Positions 26,631 to 36,386 of a DNA stretch of 64,000 bases are shown piece after piece. Position 1 is the first letter of the stretch; each line of letters starts with the position of its first letter. The stretch lies in assembly GCA_964435395.1 (NCBI GenBank), contig CAYSYI010000001.1:42516-106515 (forward strand), written 5' to 3'. The DNA is from an uncultured Isosphaeraceae bacterium. GTDB lineage: Bacteria > Planctomycetota > Phycisphaerae > Phycisphaerales > SM1A02. The position numbers and the translations under genes are program-made. Below the pieces are notes generated by a model, which had not been told where the DNA came from, did not search any database, and saw only the letters and a list, made by a program, of their open reading frames with translations.

Positions 26631-27651
26631 GTAACGCAAATAATTCCTGAGCATGATCTGCCTCTCCATCGCGATGAGCATCCAATAATTGCATGCCTTT
26701 CTTGTTCTCAATCGGAAAACTAAAAAAAGCATCCGGCGAGTTCAAGGTGTCGCCCAAAAGTTGTCCTAGCGAACTTTGCGGACTTCGTAGCCAAGTTGAA
26801 AGCGGGAATGAAATTGGTTCTATCCGCTTGTGTTCTGGCGAAATCGACAGTGCAACGTCAACGTAACTAGCAATCGCGTCAAGTTCAATTCTTCGTGCTG
26901 CATTTCGCTGGACTACCATTTGTTTTTCTTCTTGTTTTGAAGAAAACAATCGCCTGAACAATCCTTGCTCTTGAGCAATGACCAAGCCGTCTACAACATC
27001 GGAACCAGTTTCTTTTGCATAACGATATTGTTGCAAAGTTGAAAGCAAATCAGAATCAGCAAATGGAACCCCTAAGACGCGAACAAGTGTTTGAACATCT
27101 TCTGCAACAGTTGTCGAAAATTCGCAGTCCAATGTGCTCGTCATTGATGGGAAACATTGCAAAGTGTTCTGAAGTGGCATGGAACAAACCGGTAAGAGAA
27201 GTTTACTCCCTTCTGCTACAAATCCATACTGCAAATATTCCAAGGCGCCTTGCGAGAGATTCCCGTTTGGCAATTCAAGTTCATGTGCTATTTTGAGTAA
27301 TGGCAATGGGTTAGAGCAAAACAGAAGCCCGTTCCCTGCCTCTCCCAAATCAAACCAATAGAGTGATTTCTGACCTGTACCCATTCGTCCAAGTTCAAGT
27401 TCCAGCGTATCCTCGTTCCACCGAGCATAGCAGCACTCGCCCTCCAAATCACCATCCACACAGGCCTCGGGCATCATTGAGCCTGACATAGAAAGGAGAC
27501 GTATCTGAAGGTCGCCATGTTCTACAGGGATGGAATCTTCAAAGCGAGAGGTCAATCCACCACCGAGCATGAGTGATTTCTCAAGCAAAGTAATCCAATT
27601 TTCAGGAACTGGTCCACCGTCTCGTCTCAGAATGCCTGCAATACCACTCAT
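26593..27651 (-). CDS. truncated asparagine-synthetase-like protein lacking the Cys nucleophile and the PP-loop (probable pseudoenzyme)
   Basis: Starts MSGIAGILRRDGG where the family has MCG. GQKSLYWFDL...LLFCSNPLPLL resembles the GATase-2 core. The C-terminus LLDAHRDGEADHAQELFALLTLELWRQQ resembles the AsnB tail. I found no SGGxDS. Start trimmed from 27879. Confidence 0.55.
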   Translation of the reverse strand: MSGIAGILRRDGGPVPENWITLLEKSLMLGGGLTSRFEDSIPVEHGDLQIRLLSMSGSMMPEACVDGDLEGECCYARWNEDTLELELGRMGTGQKSLYWFDLGEAGNGLLFCSNPLPLLKIAHELELPNGNLSQGALEYLQYGFVAEGSKLLLPVCSMPLQNTLQCFPSMTSTLDCEFSTTVAEDVQTLVRVLGVPFADSDLLSTLQQYRYAKETGSDVVDGLVIAQEQGLFRRLFSSKQEEKQMVVQRNAARRIELDAIASYVDVALSISPEHKRIEPISFPLSTWLRSPQSSLGQLLGDTLNSPDAFFSFPIENKKGMQLLDAHRDGEADHAQELFALLTLELWRQQVLS

Positions 27652-27670
27652 TTCGGATAGGGTACAACGC

Positions 27671-28963
27671 ATGACACATCGAAGTACCAATATTCTGACG
27701 TTACTTATTCTTATTGGGTTGGTTGCAGGGGCACTAGTTGGCGAATACGGGCTGCATGCAGTTGGCGCAACAGTGGATAACGACCATTGGCTTAAAGCTA
27801 CAGGTGATCTTGTTTTGATTCGACCGCTGAAACTTCTCATTATTCCATTGATTTTCTTTAGCGTGATCTCTGGCATCACCCGAATTGGCGACCCGTCAAA
27901 ACTTGGCGTTGTCGGCGGAGCAACGCTTGTCTATTACCTCGCCACGATGTTTATGGCTGTCACGCTCGGAACCGTACTTGTGACATGGATTTCCCCCGGT
28001 GTATTAGCTCCTGAAATCCAAGAACAGTTACGGGAAACCGCAGGCAATTTTTCAGCAGGAGAGGCCGCCACTCGTTCACTTGGCTCCGCGTGGATGAACA
28101 TTTTATATCAACTTGTACCTGTCAATATTTTTGAAGACATGGTAAAAGTTCGACCATTAGGTGTCATTGTATTTGCAATTGCCTTTGGCCTAGCGATAGC
28201 CGCTGGTGGTGATAAAACAAAAGCAGCAAGAGATGTTTGCAATGCGTGCTTTGAGGGTTTAATGATTTTAGTACGTTGGGTGATTTGGCTTACACCAATT
28301 GGCGTATTCTTTCTAGTTGCATGGACCGTTGGAAAGATTGGTTTCGATTCAATTAAAAGTCCGCTTGGTTTGTACATGATTACCGTTTTAGTAGGGCTCA
28401 CAATTCATGGATTCCTAGTTCTACCTCTTGTCCTATGGATTTGCACTGGAATGAAACATCAGCCCTACCGCTTTTTGTGGCGGATGAAACGCGCCCTGAT
28501 GACCGCCGTTGGCACCGACTCAAGTTCAGCAACGTTGCCAGTGACGATTGATACAGCGGAGGGAGAAGGCGGATGTTCCAAACGTGCGGCAAACTTTGTT
28601 TTGCCACTTGGGGCTACCATCAACATGGACGGCACAGCGCTGTACGAAGCAGTTGCCGTTGTCTTTTTGTTTCAACTCTTTGGCATTCAATTGGAGTTTG
28701 GACAACTTCTCGTTGTTGTTATCACCGCAACGCTTGCTGCAATTGGCGCTGCAGGCATTCCATCGGCTGGCTTAGTCACGATGGTCATCGTGATTTCTGC
28801 TGTGAATATGAACTTGACTGGTTCGCCTGATGGGCCACTGCCCGTTGCTGCCATTGGCATCATCATTGGCGTGGATCGAATTCTCGACATGTGCCGAACT
28901 GCAGTAAATGTTTGGGGTGATGCCGTAGGTGCAAAGATTATTACGCGGATTGCGCCAGATTAA
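27671..28963 (+). CDS. dicarboxylate/amino acid:cation symporter (DAACS/GltP family)
   Basis: Multiple TM segments. SSSATLP, NMDGTALYEAVA, GIPSAGLVTM and DRILDMCRTAVNVWGD motifs. Start trimmed from 27530. Confidence 0.9.
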   Translation: MTHRSTNILTLLILIGLVAGALVGEYGLHAVGATVDNDHWLKATGDLVLIRPLKLLIIPLIFFSVISGITRIGDPSKLGVVGGATLVYYLATMFMAVTLGTVLVTWISPGVLAPEIQEQLRETAGNFSAGEAATRSLGSAWMNILYQLVPVNIFEDMVKVRPLGVIVFAIAFGLAIAAGGDKTKAARDVCNACFEGLMILVRWVIWLTPIGVFFLVAWTVGKIGFDSIKSPLGLYMITVLVGLTIHGFLVLPLVLWICTGMKHQPYRFLWRMKRALMTAVGTDSSSATLPVTIDTAEGEGGCSKRAANFVLPLGATINMDGTALYEAVAVVFLFQLFGIQLEFGQLLVVVITATLAAIGAAGIPSAGLVTMVIVISAVNMNLTGSPDGPLPVAAIGIIIGVDRILDMCRTAVNVWGDAVGAKIITRIAPD

Positions 28964-29022
28964 CTACGCATATTCGCAAACACATCCAACACACGCAAAG
29001 GGGACACTCACTGGCAATTCTA

Positions 29023-29068
29023 GTGACAGTCACTTTGCGCTCCCAGCGTCGCTTAGTGTGACAGTCAC
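29023..29068. repeat. two copies of the dyad GTGAC-A-GTCAC, 35 nt apart
   Basis: tagtGTGACAGTCAC-type sites at ~29023-29033 and ~29058-29068, in the convergent intergenic space. Confidence 0.7.
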
Positions 29069-29105
29069 GTCGAATTGTTGTGCGAATGTCCCCCAGCAAG
29101 GACAT

Positions 29106-30068
29106 TCAAGAGCTTAAATAATGTTCTGCGTCGATTGCTGCTTGGCATCCCATGCCTGCTGCGCTGATTGCTTGGCGGTACACCGAATCGGCAACATCTC
29201 CCGCAGCAAAAACACCTTCAATGTTAGTCTTACTGCCGCGAGAATTGAGTTTGATGTACTTTGCATCGTCGAGTTCAACGCCAGATCCTTCAAGGAAACT
29301 CGTCGTTGGCGTATGACCAATGGCAACAAAGAGGCCTCGCAATTCTAGCGTGGACTCTTCACCTGTAATGGTGTCCCTCAGCAAGACACCTGTGATCGCA
29401 TCGTCACCAAGCACATCGACAACTGTTTTATTCCAAAGTGGCTCAGCATTTGGCGCATCAATTATTCTTTTTTGCATTGCCTTTGAAGCGCGGAATTCGT
29501 CTCGCCTGTGAATGATGTATACCTTCGAAGCGAACTTTGTCAGATAACTTGCTTCTTCAAGGGCACTATCACCACCGCCAATAACTGCGAGGGGTTGATT
29601 GCGGAACGCAGGCAACGCACCATCGCAAACAGCACAAGCGCTCACGCCTCCGCCACTTTGAGCAAGGCGCATCTCGTTTTCTAACCCGAGCCAATTCGCC
29701 ATTGCGCCTGTTGCAATAATCACCGCGCGTGTGAGGACCGTTTCGCCTTTGCTAGTCTCTAGCTTGAAGGGTTTTTCCGAAAAATCACAGGAAACAATAT
29801 CTTCACCACGCGTCCGTGTGCCAAATCGTTCTGCCTGTTTCTGAAATGCAGCCATCATGTCTGGACCTGTAATTCCCTCAGGAAATCCAGGATAGTTTTC
29901 GACTTCGGTCGTTAACATCAACTGACCACCTGGCAACACTATCGAGGGTGATGTTTTAGGAACACCAACATATACAAGCGGATTCAAATCAGCTCGTCCT
30001 GCATAAATTGCTGCTGTCCACCCTGCTGGCCCACTACCAATAATGACTACATTTTCAATCTCTGACAT
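29106..30068 (-). CDS. trxB: thioredoxin-disulfide reductase
   Basis: IIGSGPAGWTAAIYA, redox-active CAVCDG, VIGGGDSALEEA and FAAGDV motifs. Confidence 0.95.
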   Translation of the reverse strand: MSEIENVVIIGSGPAGWTAAIYAGRADLNPLVYVGVPKTSPSIVLPGGQLMLTTEVENYPGFPEGITGPDMMAAFQKQAERFGTRTRGEDIVSCDFSEKPFKLETSKGETVLTRAVIIATGAMANWLGLENEMRLAQSGGGVSACAVCDGALPAFRNQPLAVIGGGDSALEEASYLTKFASKVYIIHRRDEFRASKAMQKRIIDAPNAEPLWNKTVVDVLGDDAITGVLLRDTITGEESTLELRGLFVAIGHTPTTSFLEGSGVELDDAKYIKLNSRGSKTNIEGVFAAGDVADSVYRQAISAAGMGCQAAIDAEHYLSS

Positions 30069-30071
30069 AAT

Positions 30072-31541
30072 TTATTTCAACTGTCCTGCATTTCTCTGGA
30101 GCATTTTTAATGGAGGCCAAAATATCAAATCTTCGCCACCGTCTAATCCGCGGTCATCTTCATTATCTATCGATTCACTGTACAGCAAACATTGTCCATC
30201 CTGAACGAACACTTCAAACGCAAACACCTTTATCTTTGTTTTCTTGTCAATCTTACGGTAGTGAAGGGCACCCACAGGATATGTGTATAGAGACCAGTCA
30301 GCCTCCGTACGCAACGTCAATTGACGAAACATGTCAAGATTGTTTGCACGATGTAACAACTGAGCGTACATCATTTTTACGCTTGCTGGATATACACCAT
30401 AGTGATTTTTATATCCGCATAAAGCAGCCGACACAGCCGTTCCATTAACTTGAGTAGCTAATAAATCTCGCTCAAAAAACAAATCTTGAATATCCCGAAT
30501 GATCATATTCACAGCTGCATATTTAACTGGGTTTGACTTTTTGAATTCACTTGCAACAGAAAGTTGTGGATGGAATTGACGCAACTTCCATCGTCTCCAC
30601 CAATCGTTGTATATCTTGTTCAATCGAGCAAGTGAGTCATCACGGCCAAGATGAAGTACTGCGATTGACTCCCAGTATTTTGCCGCTCCAAAACGAGAAA
30701 GCTTTTCTTGACTTGATTGAATGTCTGTCAAGACTGTTCTAAATTGTTCTGAGTCAGTTGTCCCGTTCGAAGTAAAGAGTTCTCCTAAAAGTGATTCGCC
30801 AACGAAACGATCACCTTCTGGCATTAGAAGACGTGTGGGATCTGTGCGAATATATGGGATTCCATCTCTTGCAAAGAAACGAAATTGTGTTGGAGAAATT
30901 GATTCTCGATACGTATAAAACATGTCCCGTGTATTTGAAAGCGCATCTCCGAGCATTGGCATAAATGACATCTGTTCTTTTAAAAATTCTCGGTCGCAAA
31001 ACTTTCGCAGAACAATCAACTCAGACATTAACAATTGGGTTGCTTGCTCAATCTCTTCCTCTTCGAAGAGTCGATACAACTCTGCAGTTACCCACAAACA
31101 AGCAACTTCAACGGTTTGTATGTATCCAAAGTCAGAGATGTGCAGATTCCCACCAACTCCAATTTCCGCGACAACATTGTTTGCTACATAGTTACTCGGC
31201 ACATGTTCGCTTCCATAAGGAAAACCAATTGAGGCAAGTTTACCTGACTCAACAAATGCTCTTGTCATATGTTCGTTATCCCTAGCCCAGTTAGATACTT
31301 CCGACCAACCTTCCATTCCAGGCCACACGGTATTCATATTAAAAGTGTCGCTCAGTGGCTGAGGTGGAGGAGTCATTTGCAAACAAGCGTCAAAAAATAT
31401 CTTCCAAGATTTCGCGCTGTCATCACCCCCTGTTGAAGGCAATGTATTTAATTTCTTTATGACTTCATCCCTGCTTCCAGCATCAACTGGAGTGGTAAAA
31501 AATGCTAAAAAGCATAGTACTGTCATTAATCTCAAAATCAT
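30072..31541 (-). CDS. secreted protein of unknown function
   Basis: 489-aa ORF with signal peptide MILRLMTVLCFLAFFTTPVDAG. Its stop lies 3 nt before the trxB start. I recognise no family motif. Confidence 0.6.
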   Translation of the reverse strand: MILRLMTVLCFLAFFTTPVDAGSRDEVIKKLNTLPSTGGDDSAKSWKIFFDACLQMTPPPQPLSDTFNMNTVWPGMEGWSEVSNWARDNEHMTRAFVESGKLASIGFPYGSEHVPSNYVANNVVAEIGVGGNLHISDFGYIQTVEVACLWVTAELYRLFEEEEIEQATQLLMSELIVLRKFCDREFLKEQMSFMPMLGDALSNTRDMFYTYRESISPTQFRFFARDGIPYIRTDPTRLLMPEGDRFVGESLLGELFTSNGTTDSEQFRTVLTDIQSSQEKLSRFGAAKYWESIAVLHLGRDDSLARLNKIYNDWWRRWKLRQFHPQLSVASEFKKSNPVKYAAVNMIIRDIQDLFFERDLLATQVNGTAVSAALCGYKNHYGVYPASVKMMYAQLLHRANNLDMFRQLTLRTEADWSLYTYPVGALHYRKIDKKTKIKVFAFEVFVQDGQCLLYSESIDNEDDRGLDGGEDLIFWPPLKMLQRNAGQLK

Positions 31542-31670
31542 CGTTAAATCCTATATTTTCTAAGTCTACAATTCGTTGAAGAAATGCGAGTGTACCAGAT
31601 GAGGGGTGGGCTGGTCATTCCTTGCAAGTGCCTATATCATGCCACATTCCAGCATCTTAAGGAGATTATT

Positions 31671-32780
31671 ATGACAATTGTTGGCATTCCAACTGAAGTA
31701 AAAACTGATGAATACCGTGTAGGCATGCGACCCGTAGGGGCTGAAATTCTGTCTCGCGAAGGCCACACTGTTTATATTCAAGCAGGAGCAGGCGCTGGCT
31801 GTGGATATGAAGATGCCATGTATGAGTCAGCTGGAGCGACCATTCTTTCAACAGCAGAAGAAATTTGGGCACTCTCAGACATGATTGTCAAAGTCAAAGA
31901 ACCACAGCCCCAAGAGATTGCTCTCATCCGTGATGGACAAACCGTTTTTACTTACTTCCATTTCGCTGCAGACAAAGAACTCACTGTGGGATGTCTTGAA
32001 CAAGGATGCATCTCAGTTGCCTATGAAACCTTAACTGATAGCCACGGTCGCCTTCCACTCCTCACGCCGATGAGCGAAATTGCCGGTAAACTTTCTATTC
32101 AAGAGGGTGCAAAATATTTAGAACGTCCACAAGGTGGTCGGGGCATTCTTCTGGGAGGTGTTCCTGGAGTTGAAGTTGGCAAAGTACTTGTACTTGGCGG
32201 TGGCATCGTTGGAACTTGCGCAGCACAAGTCGCGGCAGGCATGGGCGCGGATGTTGTCATCATGGATATAAATATTGATCGCATGCGGCAACTTGGTGAA
32301 TTCATGCCTGATAACTGCCGAACAATTTATTCTGATCCCGAAGCCATTCGCGATCATCTGGCATGGGCTGATCTTGTCATCGGAGCAGTGTTGATTCCCG
32401 GAGCAAAAGCGCCCAATCTCATCCACCGAGACGATTTATCCCACATGAAACCCGGATCGGTCATCGTCGATGTAGCTATCGACCAAGGTGGCTGTTTAGA
32501 AACTGCAAAAGTAACGACACACTCTGATCCTATCTACACCATTGATGGTGTCGTTCACTATTGTGTGGGAAATATGCCAGGAGCAGTCGCTCGAACAGCA
32601 ACGCAAGCATTGACAAATGCAACTATGCCGTGGGTGTCCCGACTTGCATCAACAACAGCAGACACTCTTGCAAAAAAAGATCGCCACTTTGCAAATGCCA
32701 TAAACACAAATCGTGGCGTCTTAACAAATCAACCAGTCGCAGATGCACACGACCTCCCATTTGAGCCGTTGGCTATCTGA
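31671..32780 (+). CDS. ald: alanine dehydrogenase
   Basis: MTIVGIPTEVKTDEYRVG N-terminus, VLVLGGGIVGTCAA NAD fold, AAGGAG RBS at ~31659. Start trimmed from 31584. Confidence 0.95.
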   Translation: MTIVGIPTEVKTDEYRVGMRPVGAEILSREGHTVYIQAGAGAGCGYEDAMYESAGATILSTAEEIWALSDMIVKVKEPQPQEIALIRDGQTVFTYFHFAADKELTVGCLEQGCISVAYETLTDSHGRLPLLTPMSEIAGKLSIQEGAKYLERPQGGRGILLGGVPGVEVGKVLVLGGGIVGTCAAQVAAGMGADVVIMDINIDRMRQLGEFMPDNCRTIYSDPEAIRDHLAWADLVIGAVLIPGAKAPNLIHRDDLSHMKPGSVIVDVAIDQGGCLETAKVTTHSDPIYTIDGVVHYCVGNMPGAVARTATQALTNATMPWVSRLASTTADTLAKKDRHFANAINTNRGVLTNQPVADAHDLPFEPLAI

Positions 32781-32785
32781 GAAAA

Positions 32786-33958
32786 ATGCAACTGTACTTC
32801 GATAACGCTGCGACATCTTTCCCAAAGCCCGATGTTGTCCATGAGGCAATTGAGAAATACGTAAAACGATGTGGCGCAAGCCCAGGGCGAGGTGCGTATC
32901 CCCAAGCAGCAGATGCAACGGCTCTACTTGACAAATGCCGTGAACTCCTTTGCGAACTTGTAAATGCACCATCACCAAAGCGGTGCATTTTTACTTTGAA
33001 CTGTACCGATGCACTTAATCTTGCCATCTCGGGTGTAGCGCAACACTTTCTCCATAAAGGTGAGCCAGTACACATTGTCACTACTGCGATGAGTCATAAC
33101 TCTGTCCTTCGTCCACTTCATGCTCTCGCTGCTTTTGGTGTTACGCACACAATCGTGCATGCAGATGCAAAAACTGGATTAGTTACTCCAGCGAACATTC
33201 AAAGTGCAATTACACCTTCCACAAAACTCGTCGCGGTTACTCACGGATCAAATGTAACTGGCACTGTGCAAGATATAGAGGCGATTGGCACGCTTTGTAA
33301 GAATATTCCCTTCCTTGTCGATGCTGCACAAACCATGGGGCACATACCCATAGATGTACAAAAAATGAACATAGATTTACTTGCATTTCCTGGACATAAG
33401 GGGCTGCTTGGTCCTCTTGGCACTGGCGGGCTCATGATAAAACCCGGCATTGATGAACTCGTCACCCCTTTTCGCACTGGTGGAACTGGCAGCGAGAGCG
33501 AGTACCCCGTACAACCAGAAACACTTCCAGATAAATATGAAGCTGGGTCACACAACATGGTTGGAATCGCTGGTCTTTTGGCGAGCGTTCGTTGGATTCT
33601 TTGTCAGGGTGTTTCTACTCTTCACAAAATGGAACAAACTCTTTCTGAAAAGTTCATTCATGAAATTAATAAAATCGATGGTGTTCGAATCGTTGGACCG
33701 CAAACAACCGAGAATCGCTGCGGCGTCTTTTCATTAGCGTTTGAAGATGCACCTCACGATATTGCGAAGCGTCTCGAAGAAAGTTCAGGAATATGTGTTC
33801 GCTCGGGATTACATTGCGCACCGTTTGCTCATAAAACAGTGGACACCGAGACCCAGGGAGGCACTGTCCGCATTTCATTTGGTCCATTTAACACTTCAGG
33901 GGACATCTCATTTCTTGTTCAAGAAATTGCGAATATTACAGAAAAGGTTCTTTCATGA
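32786..33958 (+). CDS. class-V aminotransferase / cysteine desulfurase family protein
   Basis: YFDNAATS, AFPGHKGLLGP (PLP lysine) and RSGLHCAP (active-site Cys) motifs. Confidence 0.85.
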   Translation: MQLYFDNAATSFPKPDVVHEAIEKYVKRCGASPGRGAYPQAADATALLDKCRELLCELVNAPSPKRCIFTLNCTDALNLAISGVAQHFLHKGEPVHIVTTAMSHNSVLRPLHALAAFGVTHTIVHADAKTGLVTPANIQSAITPSTKLVAVTHGSNVTGTVQDIEAIGTLCKNIPFLVDAAQTMGHIPIDVQKMNIDLLAFPGHKGLLGPLGTGGLMIKPGIDELVTPFRTGGTGSESEYPVQPETLPDKYEAGSHNMVGIAGLLASVRWILCQGVSTLHKMEQTLSEKFIHEINKIDGVRIVGPQTTENRCGVFSLAFEDAPHDIAKRLEESSGICVRSGLHCAPFAHKTVDTETQGGTVRISFGPFNTSGDISFLVQEIANITEKVLS

Positions 33959-34554
33959 ATACACTTATTACACAACGACTTGACGACGCTGCAGAGGTAA
34001 TTGAAAATCTTCGTGGCTTTACTGAGGAAATTGCAGCTATTGCTTCAATCCTAATCGATCGAATGAGCACTGGCGGAACCATTATGGCTGCAGGCAATGG
34101 TGGCTCTGCCGCTCAAGCTATGCACTTCTGCGAGGAACTTACTGGAAGGTATCGAGACACAAGATCCGCACTTCCTGCAATTTGTTTGTGCAGTGATGCA
34201 GCAGCAATGACGTGCATTGCAAACGATTTTGGTTGGGAGCATGTGTTTAAACGTCAAGTTGAAGCACATGCATCATTCTTAATTGATGAAGAAGACGATA
34301 CTGCAATCTGTAACGATGTCTTACTTATCCTTTCTACTTCTGGCAATAGTGCAAATGTAAACGTCGCGCTTGAATGTGCTAATGAACTAGGACTCGTCAC
34401 GATTGGACTGCTTGGAAATGATGGTGGAGAATCTGCTGATCTTTGCGACCATTCAATCGTAATCGGTTCCACCGACAGCGCGGCTATTCAAGATGGGCAC
34501 CAAGTTATCATTCACGCACTTTGTGAAATTATTGATGCATGGGTGACTGAATGA
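33955..34554 (+). CDS. SIS-domain protein (phosphoheptose isomerase GmhA / DiaA-like)
   Basis: GNGGSAAQAMHFCEEL and LSTSGNSANV motifs. ATGA overlap with the upstream gene. Confidence 0.75.
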   Translation: MNTLITQRLDDAAEVIENLRGFTEEIAAIASILIDRMSTGGTIMAAGNGGSAAQAMHFCEELTGRYRDTRSALPAICLCSDAAAMTCIANDFGWEHVFKRQVEAHASFLIDEEDDTAICNDVLLILSTSGNSANVNVALECANELGLVTIGLLGNDGGESADLCDHSIVIGSTDSAAIQDGHQVIIHALCEIIDAWVTE

Positions 34555-34559
34555 CAAAA

Positions 34560-34791
34560 GCGTGTAAAGGGTCTGTCCCCAGTCAGAAGCGTACACGTAT
34601 TTGTGCACTGGCTTACCCAAATTGAATTTTAGTATAGAAGTTGGGTTGTGCGGGACTGACCCCAAACTGCTAGCGGCGTGTAAAGGGTCTGTCCCCAGTC
34701 AGAAGCGTACACGTATTTGTGCACTGGCTTACCCAAATTGAATTTTAGTATAGAAGTTGGGTTGTGCGGGACTGACCCCAAACTGCTAGCG
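34560..34791 (+). repeat. perfect tandem duplication of a 116-bp non-coding unit
   Basis: Unit gcgtgtaaaGGGTCTGTCCCCagtcag...gcGGGACTGACCCCaaactgctagcg occurs twice head-to-tail with no mismatch I could see. A third copy aborts after gcgt. Confidence 0.9.
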
Positions 34792-34826
34792 GCGTTCTCT
34801 GTTAGGTCGTGTTCGCGCTATCGATA

Positions 34827-34837
34827 GGGTCAGACCC
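34827..34837 (-). repeat. GGGTCTGACCC motif copy with GCGAC extension
   Basis: The minus strand reads CGGTTTGCGACGGGTCTGACCCTATCG about 12 nt after the stop of the MscS-like gene. Confidence 0.8.
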
Positions 34838-34849
34838 GTCGCAAACCGA

Positions 34850-36235
34850 TTAACCTTCGCCGCCCTCGCCGCCAGCATTGCCACCATCTCTCGCACCAGT
34901 GAAGGTGTATGGTGGTGGAAGATTCTTTCGCCAATCGTCATCTGAAGTAAACTCTTCGACAACATTGCGACCCTCATCCTCTGCAGATTCCATCCAGCCC
35001 TCGGGTCGCATCGCAGAGATTTTTTCTGGACCATTTTGCCAATCGTCTTCTTTCCGCAAGTAGACCGTCCTCGATGGAAATGCAAATTCAACTTCGAGTT
35101 CACCAGCAAGCCGAATCATGTCAAGCATAAAACGATGCCTCTCACGCAACTCTGTTTGCCAATCTGGGGCAGTCCAGAAAACATACACCAACACGTTCAA
35201 ACTTGATCCTCCAAACTCATTGAGCCAAACCTGGTAATAATCTTTTCGCGTGTATGGATGTACTCGAAGGAGTTCTCGAATGCCCTCGCAAAATGCAGCG
35301 ATTTTTTCAGGTGGTGTTGCATAACCAATACCTACCATCTGCTTCCATCTTCGATAACGACGTTTCGAATAATTATTGCATTTACTTGTGACTAAAATAG
35401 AGTTAGGTATTGTGACGACGGTGTCGTAGAACGTTCGAATGCGAGTTGAGCGCATGCCGACTGAGATAACGGTGCCCTCAACGCCATCGACTATAACCCA
35501 ATCACCAATTTCAAACGGCTTGTCAAGGATAACAGTGATAGATCCAAAAAAGTTTTCAATCGTATCTTTCGCTGCAAACGCAAAACCCAAACCTCCGATG
35601 CCGAGCCCAGCGATAATCGGTGCAAGTTGAATCTGCATGCTATCTGCGAGATATACAACACCGAATACGATGACAACTGCTTTTAAAGTTTTTCGAAGGA
35701 GAGGAACAAGCAGATCATCTAATTTGTTTTTTGTTTTTTCTGCCTTTTGATGTGCAACCCAAGCTATCAGGTCAGTTCCTCTAAATCCAAACCAAATACA
35801 TGCAAACGTAATATAAATGTGAATGGCTGGTTGAACGATTGACAACACTCCATTGGGCAGTCCAATAAGGGGCAGGAGAATAAGCCAAATTACGCCGCCT
35901 GCTGCTCCACCTGCTGGGCGTGGGACTCGCCTTAATATGTGTACAAGTTCTACATCACGCTTGTCAGCATGCGTTATTGAGCGGAGGATGGCTCGCAAGA
36001 TAATACGAACGATCAAGTCAACTGCAAAACCAACTGCAATCATGGCGACGATTGCAACCCATCGCCAATATTCCATACCTAGAAACTCGGTGGTAAACCA
36101 ACTTGAAAGATTTTCAGAAACCCACAAATCAATCGGTGTTTGTGTCAGTGTTGATGAACAAGGGAGTAATTGCAACAAAGAGTGGATAATCATGGGTCGC
36201 ATAGTACGCCAGAACGAGTGAAGATGGAAACACAC
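34850..36235 (-). CDS. mechanosensitive ion channel (MscS family)
   Basis: GLGIGGLGFAFAAKDTIENFFGSITVILDKPFEIGDWV...GTVISVGMRSTRIRT. The start may be an internal Met (MRPMII). Confidence 0.85.
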   Translation of the reverse strand: MCFHLHSFWRTMRPMIIHSLLQLLPCSSTLTQTPIDLWVSENLSSWFTTEFLGMEYWRWVAIVAMIAVGFAVDLIVRIILRAILRSITHADKRDVELVHILRRVPRPAGGAAGGVIWLILLPLIGLPNGVLSIVQPAIHIYITFACIWFGFRGTDLIAWVAHQKAEKTKNKLDDLLVPLLRKTLKAVVIVFGVVYLADSMQIQLAPIIAGLGIGGLGFAFAAKDTIENFFGSITVILDKPFEIGDWVIVDGVEGTVISVGMRSTRIRTFYDTVVTIPNSILVTSKCNNYSKRRYRRWKQMVGIGYATPPEKIAAFCEGIRELLRVHPYTRKDYYQVWLNEFGGSSLNVLVYVFWTAPDWQTELRERHRFMLDMIRLAGELEVEFAFPSRTVYLRKEDDWQNGPEKISAMRPEGWMESAEDEGRNVVEEFTSDDDWRKNLPPPYTFTGARDGGNAGGEGGEG

Positions 36236-36386
36236 TACTCTATATTGCCTAAATTAACACAACGCGACCGCTAACCCTCACAAACCGAACCACCCTGATA
36301 AATGATTTCATACAAGACTTCAGGGGACTCATCTCTACTGCCGAAAAAGGTGGCATAGGCGCCATAAGCGTTCTAGAGACTTAACG

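Noticed and set aside
29055-29070. TGTGACAGTCAC considered as a CRP/FNR-type site
   Set aside because: The half-site spacing (TGTGA-N3-TCAC) is far shorter than the N6 spacing of CRP/FNR boxes.
34560-34791. Tandem repeats at 34560 and 59338 considered as a CRISPR array
   Set aside because: There are no unique spacers between the repeats: the units are directly adjacent (116-nt and 12/36-nt periods). There are no cas genes in the window.
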